A stretch of 39,423 nucleotides of DNA from Calditrichaceae bacterium. Lineage in GTDB: Bacteria > Calditrichota > Calditrichia > Calditrichales > JBFXGD01. Numbering within the stretch: the stretch's first letter is position 1; each line of letters begins with the position of its first letter. The stretch lies in contig JBFXGD010000014.1 in assembly GCA_050178385.1 (NCBI GenBank), positions 1-39,423 on the forward strand, given 5' to 3'. This document shows, in pieces, positions 27,746 through 37,139 of the stretch. Position numbers and translations under genes: made by a program. Under the pieces are notes generated by a model that saw only the letters and a list, made by a program, of their open reading frames with translations, searched no databases and was not told where the DNA came from.

Positions 27746-29221
27746 ATGTTCAAATCCCTGAAAACATTGTTTATTTCTTTTACTACGGTTTTAATCCTTG
27801 TGACTGTCGGCATTCCAACCTATGTGTTGATTTCAAAATTGAGAGATAATTTTCAGGAAACATATAATTATATGGTAAAGTTGACCGTTGATATGATTCG
27901 CTGTGATATTTCACATGCCATGATGGACGGCAAACCTGAAAAACTATCATTTTTTGTAAACAAAATATCGCAGCTGAGTAGTGTGTACAGGGTTAGTATT
28001 ATTAATCCTGAGGGCGTTGTGACTCACTCAAATCATACTTCAGTGATAAGCAAAAATATCAACGATGTACAAGACCACGAAAATCTTACAATAGAACCGG
28101 ACACATCACTCACCCAATTTTATCATAACGGGTCGGTCTATTCCGCCATGTTTCCGATCATTAATAAAAAAGAATGCCATACCTGTCATGATGCCGGCAA
28201 AAAGATTATCGGTTTTGTTGATGTTGATCTCAATCTGACTAAGGCGGAATACAGATTCAGGGATACAGTGAGAATGACTCTGGTCAGCGGCGTTTTATTG
28301 ATTCTGATCCTTGGTAGTGTTTTGTATATCATGTTCAACCGCTATATCAACCGACCCATTAAGGACCTTGCAGGAGCCATGGACGAGGTTGAAAAAGGAA
28401 ATTTTACGGTCCGGTTATATGTAAGCAGATCCGCAGAGATCAAAACACTTCAAAACCAGTTCAATCATATGGTTAAAAAACTTGACGAATCCCGGAAGAA
28501 GATAGATGATTACCATCTGGAGCAGTTACAAAGGGCTGATCGTCTTGTAACACTGGGTGAATTGACGGCAGAACTTGCTCATGAAATCAATAATCCATCA
28601 GGGATAATACTTACAAGGGCTGATTATCTAAGAAGTGTATTTCATGATCTGGATAATTACAAGGAATATGAAGAGGATCTGGACGCCATTGTTAATCAGA
28701 TCGAAAAAGTTTCAAAAATAACCTCCAGCATATTAAAATACAGTAGAAAATTACCCAAGAATTTTCAGTCGATTAACCTTAAGGAAACATTACTTGAGAG
28801 TTTGAAAGTATTACAGCCGCGTCTTGATAAATATGATATTAAAGTAAACATTATTGATGACGGCGGAGACTGGATCAGATGGGGCGAGGCCATGCAGATG
28901 GAGCAGGCATTCACCAATCTTATTAACAATGCCGTTGACGCTTCTGGAAAGGGGTCTTCTATTGATGTGATTTTTAAACATAAGGAGCATGAAAACGGAA
29001 AAATAATTGAGATAGAAATCAACGATAATGGCAGCGGAATCGGGCCCAAAAATATATATCAGATATTTGAACCGTTTTATTCATCCAAACCGCCCGGCAA
29101 AGGCACGGGGCTTGGATTATATATTGTAAATAATATCATAAAAAATCATAATGGCAAAATAGAAGTTTCCAGTGAACTAGATAAAGGGACTTCATTTAAA
29201 ATAACATTTCCGGCGGATTAA
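27746..29221 (+). CDS. Membrane sensor histidine kinase with periplasmic heme c motif, HAMP, HisKA and HATPase domains
   Basis: Two TMs flank a domain containing CHTCH (28175-28189). HAMP RPIKDL..EIKTL; H-box LAHEINNP; NLINNAVDA; DNGSGI; FEPFYSSK..GTGLGL. Confidence 0.93.
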   Translation: MFKSLKTLFISFTTVLILVTVGIPTYVLISKLRDNFQETYNYMVKLTVDMIRCDISHAMMDGKPEKLSFFVNKISQLSSVYRVSIINPEGVVTHSNHTSVISKNINDVQDHENLTIEPDTSLTQFYHNGSVYSAMFPIINKKECHTCHDAGKKIIGFVDVDLNLTKAEYRFRDTVRMTLVSGVLLILILGSVLYIMFNRYINRPIKDLAGAMDEVEKGNFTVRLYVSRSAEIKTLQNQFNHMVKKLDESRKKIDDYHLEQLQRADRLVTLGELTAELAHEINNPSGIILTRADYLRSVFHDLDNYKEYEEDLDAIVNQIEKVSKITSSILKYSRKLPKNFQSINLKETLLESLKVLQPRLDKYDIKVNIIDDGGDWIRWGEAMQMEQAFTNLINNAVDASGKGSSIDVIFKHKEHENGKIIEIEINDNGSGIGPKNIYQIFEPFYSSKPPGKGTGLGLYIVNNIIKNHNGKIEVSSELDKGTSFKITFPAD

Positions 29222-29222
29222 A

Positions 29223-30596
29223 ATGATTCGTTTAATGATCATTGACGATGAAAAAGAGATGCTGATCAGCCTGAAGAAAGTGCTTTCCAGGAACAATCAG
29301 TATGAAATTGAACTTTTTCAGGATGGCAGAAAAGCCCTGGATGCCCTACTCACCGAAAAGTATGACGGTGTGATTTGCGATCTGAAGATGCCTTCCATTT
29401 CGGGCCTGGACATTCTAAAAAAGGTTAAGTCAGATTACCCTGATATCTTTGTGATTGTCATATCCGGATATGGTACCATAGAATCGAGTGTGGAAGCGAT
29501 GCGTCTGGGCGCATTCGATTTTATCGAGAAACCTTTTCCATCAAAGAAATTGATGGATTCACTTTCCAGGGCGTTAAACGGTAGAATCGGATCAAATTCC
29601 GATTCTTTGGAAATCGACCAGCTCCAAAAAGAATTTCCGGATATCATTTTTATTAGTGAAAAAATGAAAGACATCCTTGTGATGGTCAGAAAAGTGGCAT
29701 TGGGGAAGGCGAATGTTTTGATAACCGGTGAGAGCGGAACGGGAAAAGAACTGATTGCCAGAAGTATCCACCGCATGAGTAAGCGTTCTGAATTTCCGTT
29801 TATTCCTGTGAATTGCGCAGCGCTGCCGGAAAATTTATTTGAAAGCGAACTTTTTGGATATGAAAAAGGGGCTTTTACCGGCGCCAACAGGACAAAGCCG
29901 GGACTTGTGGAGTTTTCTGATAAAGGATCATTTTTTCTTGATGAAATAGGAGATTTAGGGCTTAATCTTCAGGTGAAATTGCTCAGAATGCTCGAAGAGC
30001 GAAAAATCCGCCGTGTTGGCGGCAAGGAAGAAATAGCGGTTGATGTGAGAGTGATCAGCGCGACAAATAAAAATCTGGAAGTCATAGTTAGTGAGAAAGG
30101 GCTTCGAAAAGATCTACTATACCGGTTGAACACCATTAACATTGAAGTGCCCCCGCTGAGAGAGCGGCCGGAAGATATCCAGTGTCTCGCGGAATATTTT
30201 CTTGATGAGTTGAGAAGAAAAGAGGATAAAACGATCTATAAAATCGCTGAAGATGCCATGGAGTCATTGACAAATTATCACTGGCCGGGGAACGTCCGTG
30301 AACTGCAGAATATCGTGACCAGGGCATTTTATCTTTGCCAGGGAAATGATATTCGATTGGAAGATCTCCCGCCCGTTCTCTATAAAAATGCTGAAGCGAT
30401 TTTGGACAAGATTTTACATATGCCGTACCGGGAAGCAAAAGAGCAGGTTCTTGAAACATTTGAACAAAAATATATCACAAATTATTTAAAAAAATATAAT
30501 GGAAATATAACACGGGCCGCGGACGCTTGCGGAATAGACCGGCGGACCATGCACAGGTTAATAAATAAATACGGTATCATCTATTCCGATAAATAA
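29223..30596 (+). CDS. NtrC-family sigma54-dependent response regulator (REC-AAA+-Fis HTH)
   Basis: IIDDE, CDLKMP, GESGTGKE, intact GAFTGA (29868-29885), LDEIGD, WPGNVRELQN, NITRAADACGIDRRTMHR. Confidence 0.96.
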   Translation: MIRLMIIDDEKEMLISLKKVLSRNNQYEIELFQDGRKALDALLTEKYDGVICDLKMPSISGLDILKKVKSDYPDIFVIVISGYGTIESSVEAMRLGAFDFIEKPFPSKKLMDSLSRALNGRIGSNSDSLEIDQLQKEFPDIIFISEKMKDILVMVRKVALGKANVLITGESGTGKELIARSIHRMSKRSEFPFIPVNCAALPENLFESELFGYEKGAFTGANRTKPGLVEFSDKGSFFLDEIGDLGLNLQVKLLRMLEERKIRRVGGKEEIAVDVRVISATNKNLEVIVSEKGLRKDLLYRLNTINIEVPPLRERPEDIQCLAEYFLDELRRKEDKTIYKIAEDAMESLTNYHWPGNVRELQNIVTRAFYLCQGNDIRLEDLPPVLYKNAEAILDKILHMPYREAKEQVLETFEQKYITNYLKKYNGNITRAADACGIDRRTMHRLINKYGIIYSDK

Positions 30597-30717
30597 TTCC
30601 TGATAATTTCCGGGCCGTATTGATTAGCAGTGAAAAAAGAAGCGTAAATCGTATCATAAATGTAATTATTTTATTATATTAATAACTGATTAAAAAAAGA
30701 GAGCCGGCAGGAAAGCG

Positions 30718-31272
30718 ATGAAAATATATACGGGATACGGGGATGAGGGAAATACCGCTTTATTCGGCGGGGATGTGGTGCAAAAAGATCATCCGCGTGT
30801 GGAGCTTTACGGTACGCTGGATGAATTAAACAGCATCATTGGCTTGCTGAGATCAAAGAACAGCCATTCAGGGATTGATGAGCTTTTATTTCGAATCCAG
30901 TATGAATTGTTTGTTTTTTCGGCAGAGATTGCGACACCGGATGAAAAGGCGCGAAAAAAATTCAGCAGACAAATTGCTCAGGAACATGTAAACGCGCTGG
31001 AAGATGCAATCGATTTTTATGAAGCTGATCTTGAACCGCTGAAAAATTTTATACTCCCGGGAGGAAGCGAAGCAGCGGCGATCGCGCATCTGGCCCGGAC
31101 CGTATGCAGAAGAGCGGAACGTATTTTTGTAAAACTGAGAAACGAAGCGGATTTGCGGAAACAAATGCTGATCTATCTGAACCGGCTGAGTGATCTGTTG
31201 TTCATAATCGCAAGATTTGAAAACAAGCACCATGGTACTGACGATGTGAAATGGGAAGGAAACAGAAATTAA
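30718..31272 (+). CDS. pduO: ATP:cob(I)alamin adenosyltransferase, PduO type
   Basis: MKIYTGYGDEGNT, GTLDELNS, FILPGG, ARTVCRRAER, YLNRLSDLLF. Confidence 0.92.
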   Translation: MKIYTGYGDEGNTALFGGDVVQKDHPRVELYGTLDELNSIIGLLRSKNSHSGIDELLFRIQYELFVFSAEIATPDEKARKKFSRQIAQEHVNALEDAIDFYEADLEPLKNFILPGGSEAAAIAHLARTVCRRAERIFVKLRNEADLRKQMLIYLNRLSDLLFIIARFENKHHGTDDVKWEGNRN

Positions 31273-31472
31273 TTAAAATTCAATATTTCAGATATATAAT
31301 ACCTTGTAATTTTAGTTGATAGTTTTGCTGCTTCCCACAAATGATAAAAATGATCGGCTGGTTTTCAGATTTTAGAAAAGTCGTTATTGCCGAAAAAAAT
31401 CCGGTTTAAGCTAAAGCATTGTTTATAATTTGATTAGCTTGTGCCAGTTGTTATGTTTTATGATTAATAAAA

Positions 31473-31488
31473 TGGCATGATAATTGAA
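31473..31488 (+). promoter_or_regulatory. Putative sigma54 promoter of the 2-oxoacid:ferredoxin oxidoreductase operon
   Basis: TGGCATG-ATAA-TTGAA with correct -24/-12 spacing, about 70 bp upstream of the start. Confidence 0.5.
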
Positions 31489-31556
31489 CTTTATTATTGC
31501 CAGAGTAGTTTTGTGATTTAGAAAAAATTTATATTTATACATCAGATAAAGAAGGG

Positions 31557-31820
31557 ATGGTTATGGAAAGGAAAATCTTGGACAAACCATTTGTTAAAGT
31601 TGAACCTGAGCTATGTAAGGGTTGTGGTCTCTGTATAGACGCCTGTCCGCCTGATGTTTTGGAGTTTAATTCCAAATTTAATAGCAAAGGGTATCATTTT
31701 GCCTATTATTTGGGTGAGAACTGCACCGGATGCGGGGTCTGTTTTTATGCCTGCCCTGAGCCTGAAGCGATAATTGTGTATAAAAAGGGATATGAAATGC
31801 TTGCTGAGGAGGTGGCCTGA
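31557..31820 (+). CDS. 2[4Fe-4S] ferredoxin / delta subunit of 2-oxoacid:ferredoxin oxidoreductase
   Basis: [12 protein letters not shown] and [15 protein letters not shown] overlaps the next ATG. Confidence 0.9.
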   Translation: MVMERKILDKPFVKVEPELCKGCGLCIDACPPDVLEFNSKFNSKGYHFAYYLGENCTGCGVCFYACPEPEAIIVYKKGYEMLAEEVA

Positions 31821-32866
31821 TGTCGAAGATATTGCTGAAAGGGAATGACGCTGTTGTTCGGGGAGCCATACTCGCCGGATGCCGGGTATATTTCGGCTAT
31901 CCGATTACACCCGCAAGCGAAATAGCGGAAACAGCGGCGAAATATATGCCGGCCGTTGGAGGTACATTTTTACAGGCTGAGAGTGAAGTAGCTGCGATAA
32001 ACATGGTTTACGGCGCAGCCAGCGGCGGTGTGCGATCGATGACTGCCTCTTCAAGTCCGGGAATCAGTCTGAAGCAGGAAGGCGTCTCTTACGCCGCCGG
32101 GGCTGAATTACCCTGTGTCATTGTCGACGTAATGCGTGGCGGCCCGGGTCTTGGAAATATTGCTCCTGAACAGTCAGATTACAATCAGGTGGTTAAAGGC
32201 GGGGGGCATGGAAATTATAAATGTCCGGTTCTGGCGCCAAACAGCGCACAGGAGATGTCTGATCTGACTCAGCTGGCATTTGAACTGGCTGAAAAATATC
32301 GTACTCCTGTGTATGTGCTTGCGGATGGTTATACCGGGCAAATGATGGAGCCGGTTGAATTTGGTGAACCGGTCACAAAATTGCCCCGTCATGAATGGGC
32401 GCTTTATGCCGATAAAGAAAGTAAGAAAAATCTTATTTCGAGTATATATCTTGATCCGGAAGAACTGGAAGAACATAACAGGCGTTTACAGGATAAATAT
32501 CGCAAGGTTGAGGAAAATGAACTTAGGAAAGAAGAATTCATGCTTGAAGATGCCGAATATGTGGTTATGGGTTATGGAATTATTTCCAGAATTCTCAAAA
32601 CTGTTGTCGAGAAGCTTCGGAAAGATGGCGTGAAAATTGGTCTTCTGCGGCCGATCACATTATTCCCTTACCCATCAGAACGAATAAACGAACTGTCCCG
32701 CAAGGTCAAGAAATTTCTTGTTGTGGAATTAAGTAACGGTCAGATGGTGGATGATGTCCGGTTAGCGGTGAGCGGAAACTGTCCGGTCGAGTTTTATAAC
32801 AGGATGGGCGGAGTTGTCCCTTCAACTGAAGAATTGCTGGAACGTACCAAATTACTCCTGAAGTAA
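31820..32866 (+). CDS. vorB: 2-oxoacid:ferredoxin oxidoreductase alpha subunit (VorB-like)
   Basis: [42 protein letters not shown]. Confidence 0.85.
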   Translation: MSKILLKGNDAVVRGAILAGCRVYFGYPITPASEIAETAAKYMPAVGGTFLQAESEVAAINMVYGAASGGVRSMTASSSPGISLKQEGVSYAAGAELPCVIVDVMRGGPGLGNIAPEQSDYNQVVKGGGHGNYKCPVLAPNSAQEMSDLTQLAFELAEKYRTPVYVLADGYTGQMMEPVEFGEPVTKLPRHEWALYADKESKKNLISSIYLDPEELEEHNRRLQDKYRKVEENELRKEEFMLEDAEYVVMGYGIISRILKTVVEKLRKDGVKIGLLRPITLFPYPSERINELSRKVKKFLVVELSNGQMVDDVRLAVSGNCPVEFYNRMGGVVPSTEELLERTKLLLK

Positions 32867-32890
32867 TGAAAATATAAGAGGTAGATAAAT

Positions 32891-34330
32891 ATGGCATCGA
32901 AAGTATTGCAAAAACCGACAAGTTTTTATGAACAATATGATAGAAATCCAAGTTCGGACAAAAAAATGCCTCATTACTGTCCGGGATGCGGTCATGGTAA
33001 TGTTCACAAATTTATTGCTGAGGCTCTGGATGATTTCGAAGTGGCGGACAAGACAATCCTGATCAGTCCTGTAGGATGCAGTGTGTTCGCCTACTATTAT
33101 TTTAATACCGGTAATATTCAGGCTGCGCACGGTCGCGCGCCCGCAGTAGCCACCGGTATAAAACGCGCTCATCCTGAGAGTGTTGTTATCAGTTATCAGG
33201 GAGACGGCGACCTTGCCGCTATCGGAACAGCTGAAATCCTTCATGCGGCAAACCGTGGTGAAAACATCACTGTCTTCTTTGTCAATAACGCTATTTACGG
33301 TATGACCGGCGGACAGATGGCTCCGACAACTCTGGTAGACCAGCGTACGACTACAACGCCCCGCGGCCGTAATCCTCATAACGAAGGTTATCCCATAAAG
33401 GTAGCGGAATTAATCAGTCAGCTTCAGGCTCCGGTTTATGTGGAACGTGTGGCTCTCTTTGATAATAAACACAGGGCTCAGGCCAGACTGGCAGTGCGGA
33501 AGGCTCTTAAAAATCAGATAAACAATCTTGGTTTTTCATTGATAGAAATATTGTCACCATGTCCATCCGGGTGGAAAATGGATCCCGTGGATTCAATGAA
33601 ATGGATAAAAGATGTTATGCTCCCGCAGTTCCCGTTAGGGGTTTACCGTGATCTTACAAAAGAAGTCGAACCCTATAATTTTGAGCAGATCAATCCATCG
33701 GCTGATGAAATTAAAAAACTGATTGACATTGTACCGGACACCGACAAAAATTTCGGGAAACCCGAAATTCCGGTGAAATATCAGAATCCCGCGATTAAGG
33801 TGGCGGGTTTTGGAGGTCAGGGCGTACTGCTGTTGGGCGCGGCAATCGCACAGGCGGGTATGCTGGCCGATTATCATGTTTCATGGCTTCCTTCATACGG
33901 ACCGGAGATGCGCGGCGGTACAGCAAACTGTCATGTAAATATAAGAGACATTGAAGTGGGTTCACCGATGGTAAGTAATCCAACCGTCCTTATCGCGTTA
34001 AACAGGCCTTCGCTTGAAAAGTTTGAAGCGGACGTGACTGCAGGCGGACTGATCATTTATGACAGCTCGCTTATCGATATCGATGTGAAACGCAAAGATG
34101 TGGAAGTAATGCCCATTCCTGTGACTCAGATGGCTGACGAACTGGGAAATACGCGTATGGCCAACATGATTACCATGGCAGCTTATGTCGCTTATACCGG
34201 ATTGTTTACAAAGGAAACCCTTTACGAAACATTGAAGACAGCGATCAAACGTAAAAAATTAATCGATATGAATAAAAAAGCGGTTGATGCCGGTTTTGAA
34301 TTTGGATTAAAACATAAAAACAAGAAATAA
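32891..34330 (+). CDS. 2-oxoacid:ferredoxin oxidoreductase fused beta (TPP-binding) + gamma subunit (VorA-like)
   Basis: HYCPGCGHG, GDGD...NNAIYGMTGGQ, SPCP, then gamma domain AGFGGQG, PSYGPEMRGGTA. Confidence 0.88.
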   Translation: MASKVLQKPTSFYEQYDRNPSSDKKMPHYCPGCGHGNVHKFIAEALDDFEVADKTILISPVGCSVFAYYYFNTGNIQAAHGRAPAVATGIKRAHPESVVISYQGDGDLAAIGTAEILHAANRGENITVFFVNNAIYGMTGGQMAPTTLVDQRTTTTPRGRNPHNEGYPIKVAELISQLQAPVYVERVALFDNKHRAQARLAVRKALKNQINNLGFSLIEILSPCPSGWKMDPVDSMKWIKDVMLPQFPLGVYRDLTKEVEPYNFEQINPSADEIKKLIDIVPDTDKNFGKPEIPVKYQNPAIKVAGFGGQGVLLLGAAIAQAGMLADYHVSWLPSYGPEMRGGTANCHVNIRDIEVGSPMVSNPTVLIALNRPSLEKFEADVTAGGLIIYDSSLIDIDVKRKDVEVMPIPVTQMADELGNTRMANMITMAAYVAYTGLFTKETLYETLKTAIKRKKLIDMNKKAVDAGFEFGLKHKNKK

Positions 34331-34353
34331 CGATTCCCCCCAAAAGAATCGGG

Positions 34354-34393
34354 AAGCGGTGTGAGATATGTTTTTCTTACGCCGCTTTTTTTT
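34354..34393 (+). terminator. Intrinsic terminator after the oxidoreductase operon
   Basis: Stem AAGCGGTGTGAGA/TCTTACGCCGCTT (with G-U pairs) ending in an 8-T tract. Confidence 0.8.
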
Positions 34394-34534
34394 GATATGG
34401 ATATATTCCAATATATGGGAAAATGTTCACTAAAAACTTCATAAATGAGAAATCACCCGCCTGTATATTTTTTAAAATTCCGATGAAAGCTTGATATTAC
34501 AGTATTAAAATGGTGAGGCGCTTGTCTTCGGCAC

Positions 34535-34550
34535 TGGTACAATATTTGTA
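34535..34550 (+). promoter_or_regulatory. Putative sigma54 promoter of the rseC-rnf operon
   Basis: TGGTACAATATTTGTA, 14/16 identical to the module 2 promoter TGGCACAATATATGTA, 40 bp upstream of ATG 34590. Confidence 0.5.
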
Positions 34551-34589
34551 TTTTGATCCTGAACTTATAAATAAAGACAGGATTTGCTA

Positions 34590-35012
34590 ATGACGTTGAG
34601 CTGTGTATATGGCAGAGTGGCGGAGATCAATGATACGACTTATACAATCGAGCTGGAGGAAAACAGCGCCTGCGGCAGCTGCGGAATGCAGGGGATGTGT
34701 TCGAAAGAATCTATTCATATTGAAAAAAAACAGGTAGCATTCCCTTTAAAACAATCTCAGAGAGTACGCCTGGAATTTGACCGGGTTATTCAGACCTCCG
34801 TAATTTTATATCTAATACCCGTTTTTCTTTTTTTTGCGGGGATCGCTCTGGCGCGAATCTTATTCGACTCCGCGAATGAACCGGTACAATTAGGTTTCGG
34901 CATTGCGGGTTTAGTCATTTCTTTATTCCTGATCCGGTTTATAGACCATCGCTACAGTGATAAAAATGATACGATTCAAATTAAACTAATTGAGAAGTAC
35001 CAGGAGGATTAA
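34590..35012 (+). CDS. RseC/MucC (SoxR-reducing system) family membrane protein
   Basis: SACGSCGMQGMC, LYLIP and two TMs; first gene of the rnf cluster. Start is ATG 34590 or TTG 34584. Confidence 0.82.
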   Translation: MTLSCVYGRVAEINDTTYTIELEENSACGSCGMQGMCSKESIHIEKKQVAFPLKQSQRVRLEFDRVIQTSVILYLIPVFLFFAGIALARILFDSANEPVQLGFGIAGLVISLFLIRFIDHRYSDKNDTIQIKLIEKYQED

Positions 35013-35821
35013 TGCCTGCGGAATTATTGATTCCCGGAATGATATTGGGGGGATTTGCTCTTCTCTCATCGACCGGCCTGCTTATCGCCTCGAAAAAATT
35101 TCATGTGGATGAAGATCCGAGAATAGAACTGATAACCAACCTTCTGCCCGGAGCGAATTGCGGAGGATGCGGATTTGCCGGATGTACAAATTATGCCGAA
35201 AATGTTGTTACCCAAATGAAGATTGATTCTCCCTGCCCGGTGGCCGAATCGGAAATCATGAAAGAAATTGGAAAGATTCTCGGGCTGGATGTCAGTGTGG
35301 GGACAAAACAAGTTGCCTCTCTCATGTGCAACGGGACAAATCATAATTCCCCTTCCGTCATGGACTATAAAGGTATTCAGGATTGCTGGGCAATGTCGCT
35401 TGTTGCAGACAGCTCAAAATCATGCGTGTTTGCCTGTATGGGGCTTGGTTCCTGTGTGAGAGCCTGTCCTTTTGGCGCCATGAGGATTGAAGAGGGGATT
35501 GTCGTCATTGACGATCAGGTTTGCAGCGGCTGCGGAATCTGTATTGACAGCTGCCCAAAACATCTCCTGCATATGCGGCCTGTCTCAAAAAATATTACCG
35601 TAACATGCAGCAATACCGATAAAGGCGCGGACGCGAAAAGGGCGTGCGAAACAGCCTGCATCGGATGCCAGAAATGTGTTAAAGTATGTGAGCATGAGGC
35701 AATCACCGTTGAAAATTTTCTCGCCAAAATAAATTATGAAAATTGTGATCTGTGCGGAAAATGCGTAGAGGCATGCCCGACCGACTCGATTGAGATCAGG
35801 AGGCTCTATGCAGATGCTTAA
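35012..35821 (+). CDS. rnfB: Rnf electron transport complex subunit B
   Basis: N-terminal TM, LPGANCGGCGFAGC, multiple CxxCxxCxxxCP motifs. Confidence 0.93.
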   Translation: MPAELLIPGMILGGFALLSSTGLLIASKKFHVDEDPRIELITNLLPGANCGGCGFAGCTNYAENVVTQMKIDSPCPVAESEIMKEIGKILGLDVSVGTKQVASLMCNGTNHNSPSVMDYKGIQDCWAMSLVADSSKSCVFACMGLGSCVRACPFGAMRIEEGIVVIDDQVCSGCGICIDSCPKHLLHMRPVSKNITVTCSNTDKGADAKRACETACIGCQKCVKVCEHEAITVENFLAKINYENCDLCGKCVEACPTDSIEIRRLYADA

Positions 35822-37139
35822 AACCTTCGCAATGGGCGGGGTTCATCCTCCTCAGGAAAAACGGTCTTCAGATCAGTCCATAATATACGGAAATATCCCA
35901 GAGCAGCTTTGGATCCCGGTAAATCAGCATATCGGAAAACCGTGTGAAGTTGTTGTGGAAAGAAGGGCCGTTGTAAAAAGGGGTGATATCCTCGCTAAAT
36001 CAACCGGATATGTATCTTCAAACGTACACGCGCCTGTTGACGGGATAGTGGATAAAATTATACGATTTCCACAGCTGGGCGGGCAGTCCGGTGATTGTAT
36101 TTTACTCAAACCCAGTGAACCGGGCCGGAGTTATAAAGAGATCATTGAATCAGAAAATACTACTGATATTGATATTGATTCGATGACGCCGAAACTGATT
36201 AGATCCAAAATAGAAGAAGCCGGTATTGTGGGTATGGGCGGGGCGGGATTTCCGACACATGTAAAATTATCACCGCCGGCGGATAAGGTCATCGATACGC
36301 TGATCATAAACGGCGCGGAATGTGAACCTTACATCACTTCTGATCACCGGGTAATGCTTGAAAAATCAGATGAATTATTTTTGGGCATTCAGGTACTTCA
36401 AAAAATGTTTAACGGGGTGCCGGTTTATATTGGTGTTGAAGTAAATAAACCGGATGCTATTCGCCTCCTTGAGCGTAAATCAAAAAATTACAACAATATT
36501 TTTATTTCCCCTTTAAAAGTCAAATATCCGCAGGGTGGTGAGAAACAGCTGATCAAGGCAATTTTAGACAGAGAAGTGCCTTCAAAAAATCTTCCGATGG
36601 ATGTGGGGGTTGTGGTTCAGAATGTTTCTACAGTGATAGCAATCCATGATGCTGTTTATTATAATCGACCGCTTACCGGCCGCGTGGTGACAATTGCCGG
36701 TAATCTTGTTCATCATCCCGGGAATATTATGCTTCCCGTCGGCACACCGGTTTCAACCATTATAAAAGATTTTGAAATTGATTCCGATCGCGTAAGAATG
36801 TTCATAAGCGGCGGACCAATGATGGGTAAAACATCATTTTCTTTTGAAAGCCCCATCACCAAAACCACGTCTGCTTTACTTTTCTTTGATGAATCGAATT
36901 TTGTTAATCGCGTTGAAAATCCATGTATACGCTGCGGGAGCTGTATCACAGTTTGTCCGATGGGGCTCACCCCGGTCACATATACGGATATGATCCGCGC
37001 GAACAAGATGGATAAATCCGCAAAGGAAGCGATTCTTGATTGCATTGAATGCGGAAGCTGTTCCTATAATTGTCCGGCAAACCGAAAGCTCGTTCATTGG
37101 ATGCGTCTTGGAAAAAATATGATCAGGAGAGAAAATTGA
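35808..37139 (+). CDS. rnfC: Rnf electron transport complex subunit C
   Basis: ATG 35808 after AGGAGG; GGVHP, GMGGAGFPTHVK, NGAECEPY, YPQGGEKQL, GGPMMG, two 4Fe-4S motifs. Confidence 0.95.
   Translation: MQMLKTFAMGGVHPPQEKRSSDQSIIYGNIPEQLWIPVNQHIGKPCEVVVERRAVVKRGDILAKSTGYVSSNVHAPVDGIVDKIIRFPQLGGQSGDCILLKPSEPGRSYKEIIESENTTDIDIDSMTPKLIRSKIEEAGIVGMGGAGFPTHVKLSPPADKVIDTLIINGAECEPYITSDHRVMLEKSDELFLGIQVLQKMFNGVPVYIGVEVNKPDAIRLLERKSKNYNNIFISPLKVKYPQGGEKQLIKAILDREVPSKNLPMDVGVVVQNVSTVIAIHDAVYYNRPLTGRVVTIAGNLVHHPGNIMLPVGTPVSTIIKDFEIDSDRVRMFISGGPMMGKTSFSFESPITKTTSALLFFDESNFVNRVENPCIRCGSCITVCPMGLTPVTYTDMIRANKMDKSAKEAILDCIECGSCSYNCPANRKLVHWMRLGKNMIRREN

Noticed and set aside
22182..30717. Cytochrome locus as a mobile genomic island
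   Set aside because: No integrase, transposase, tRNA target or flanking direct repeats were seen.
31432..31447. Minus-strand TGGCAC as a second sigma54 promoter
   Set aside because: No -12 element at the right spacing and no minus-strand gene downstream.
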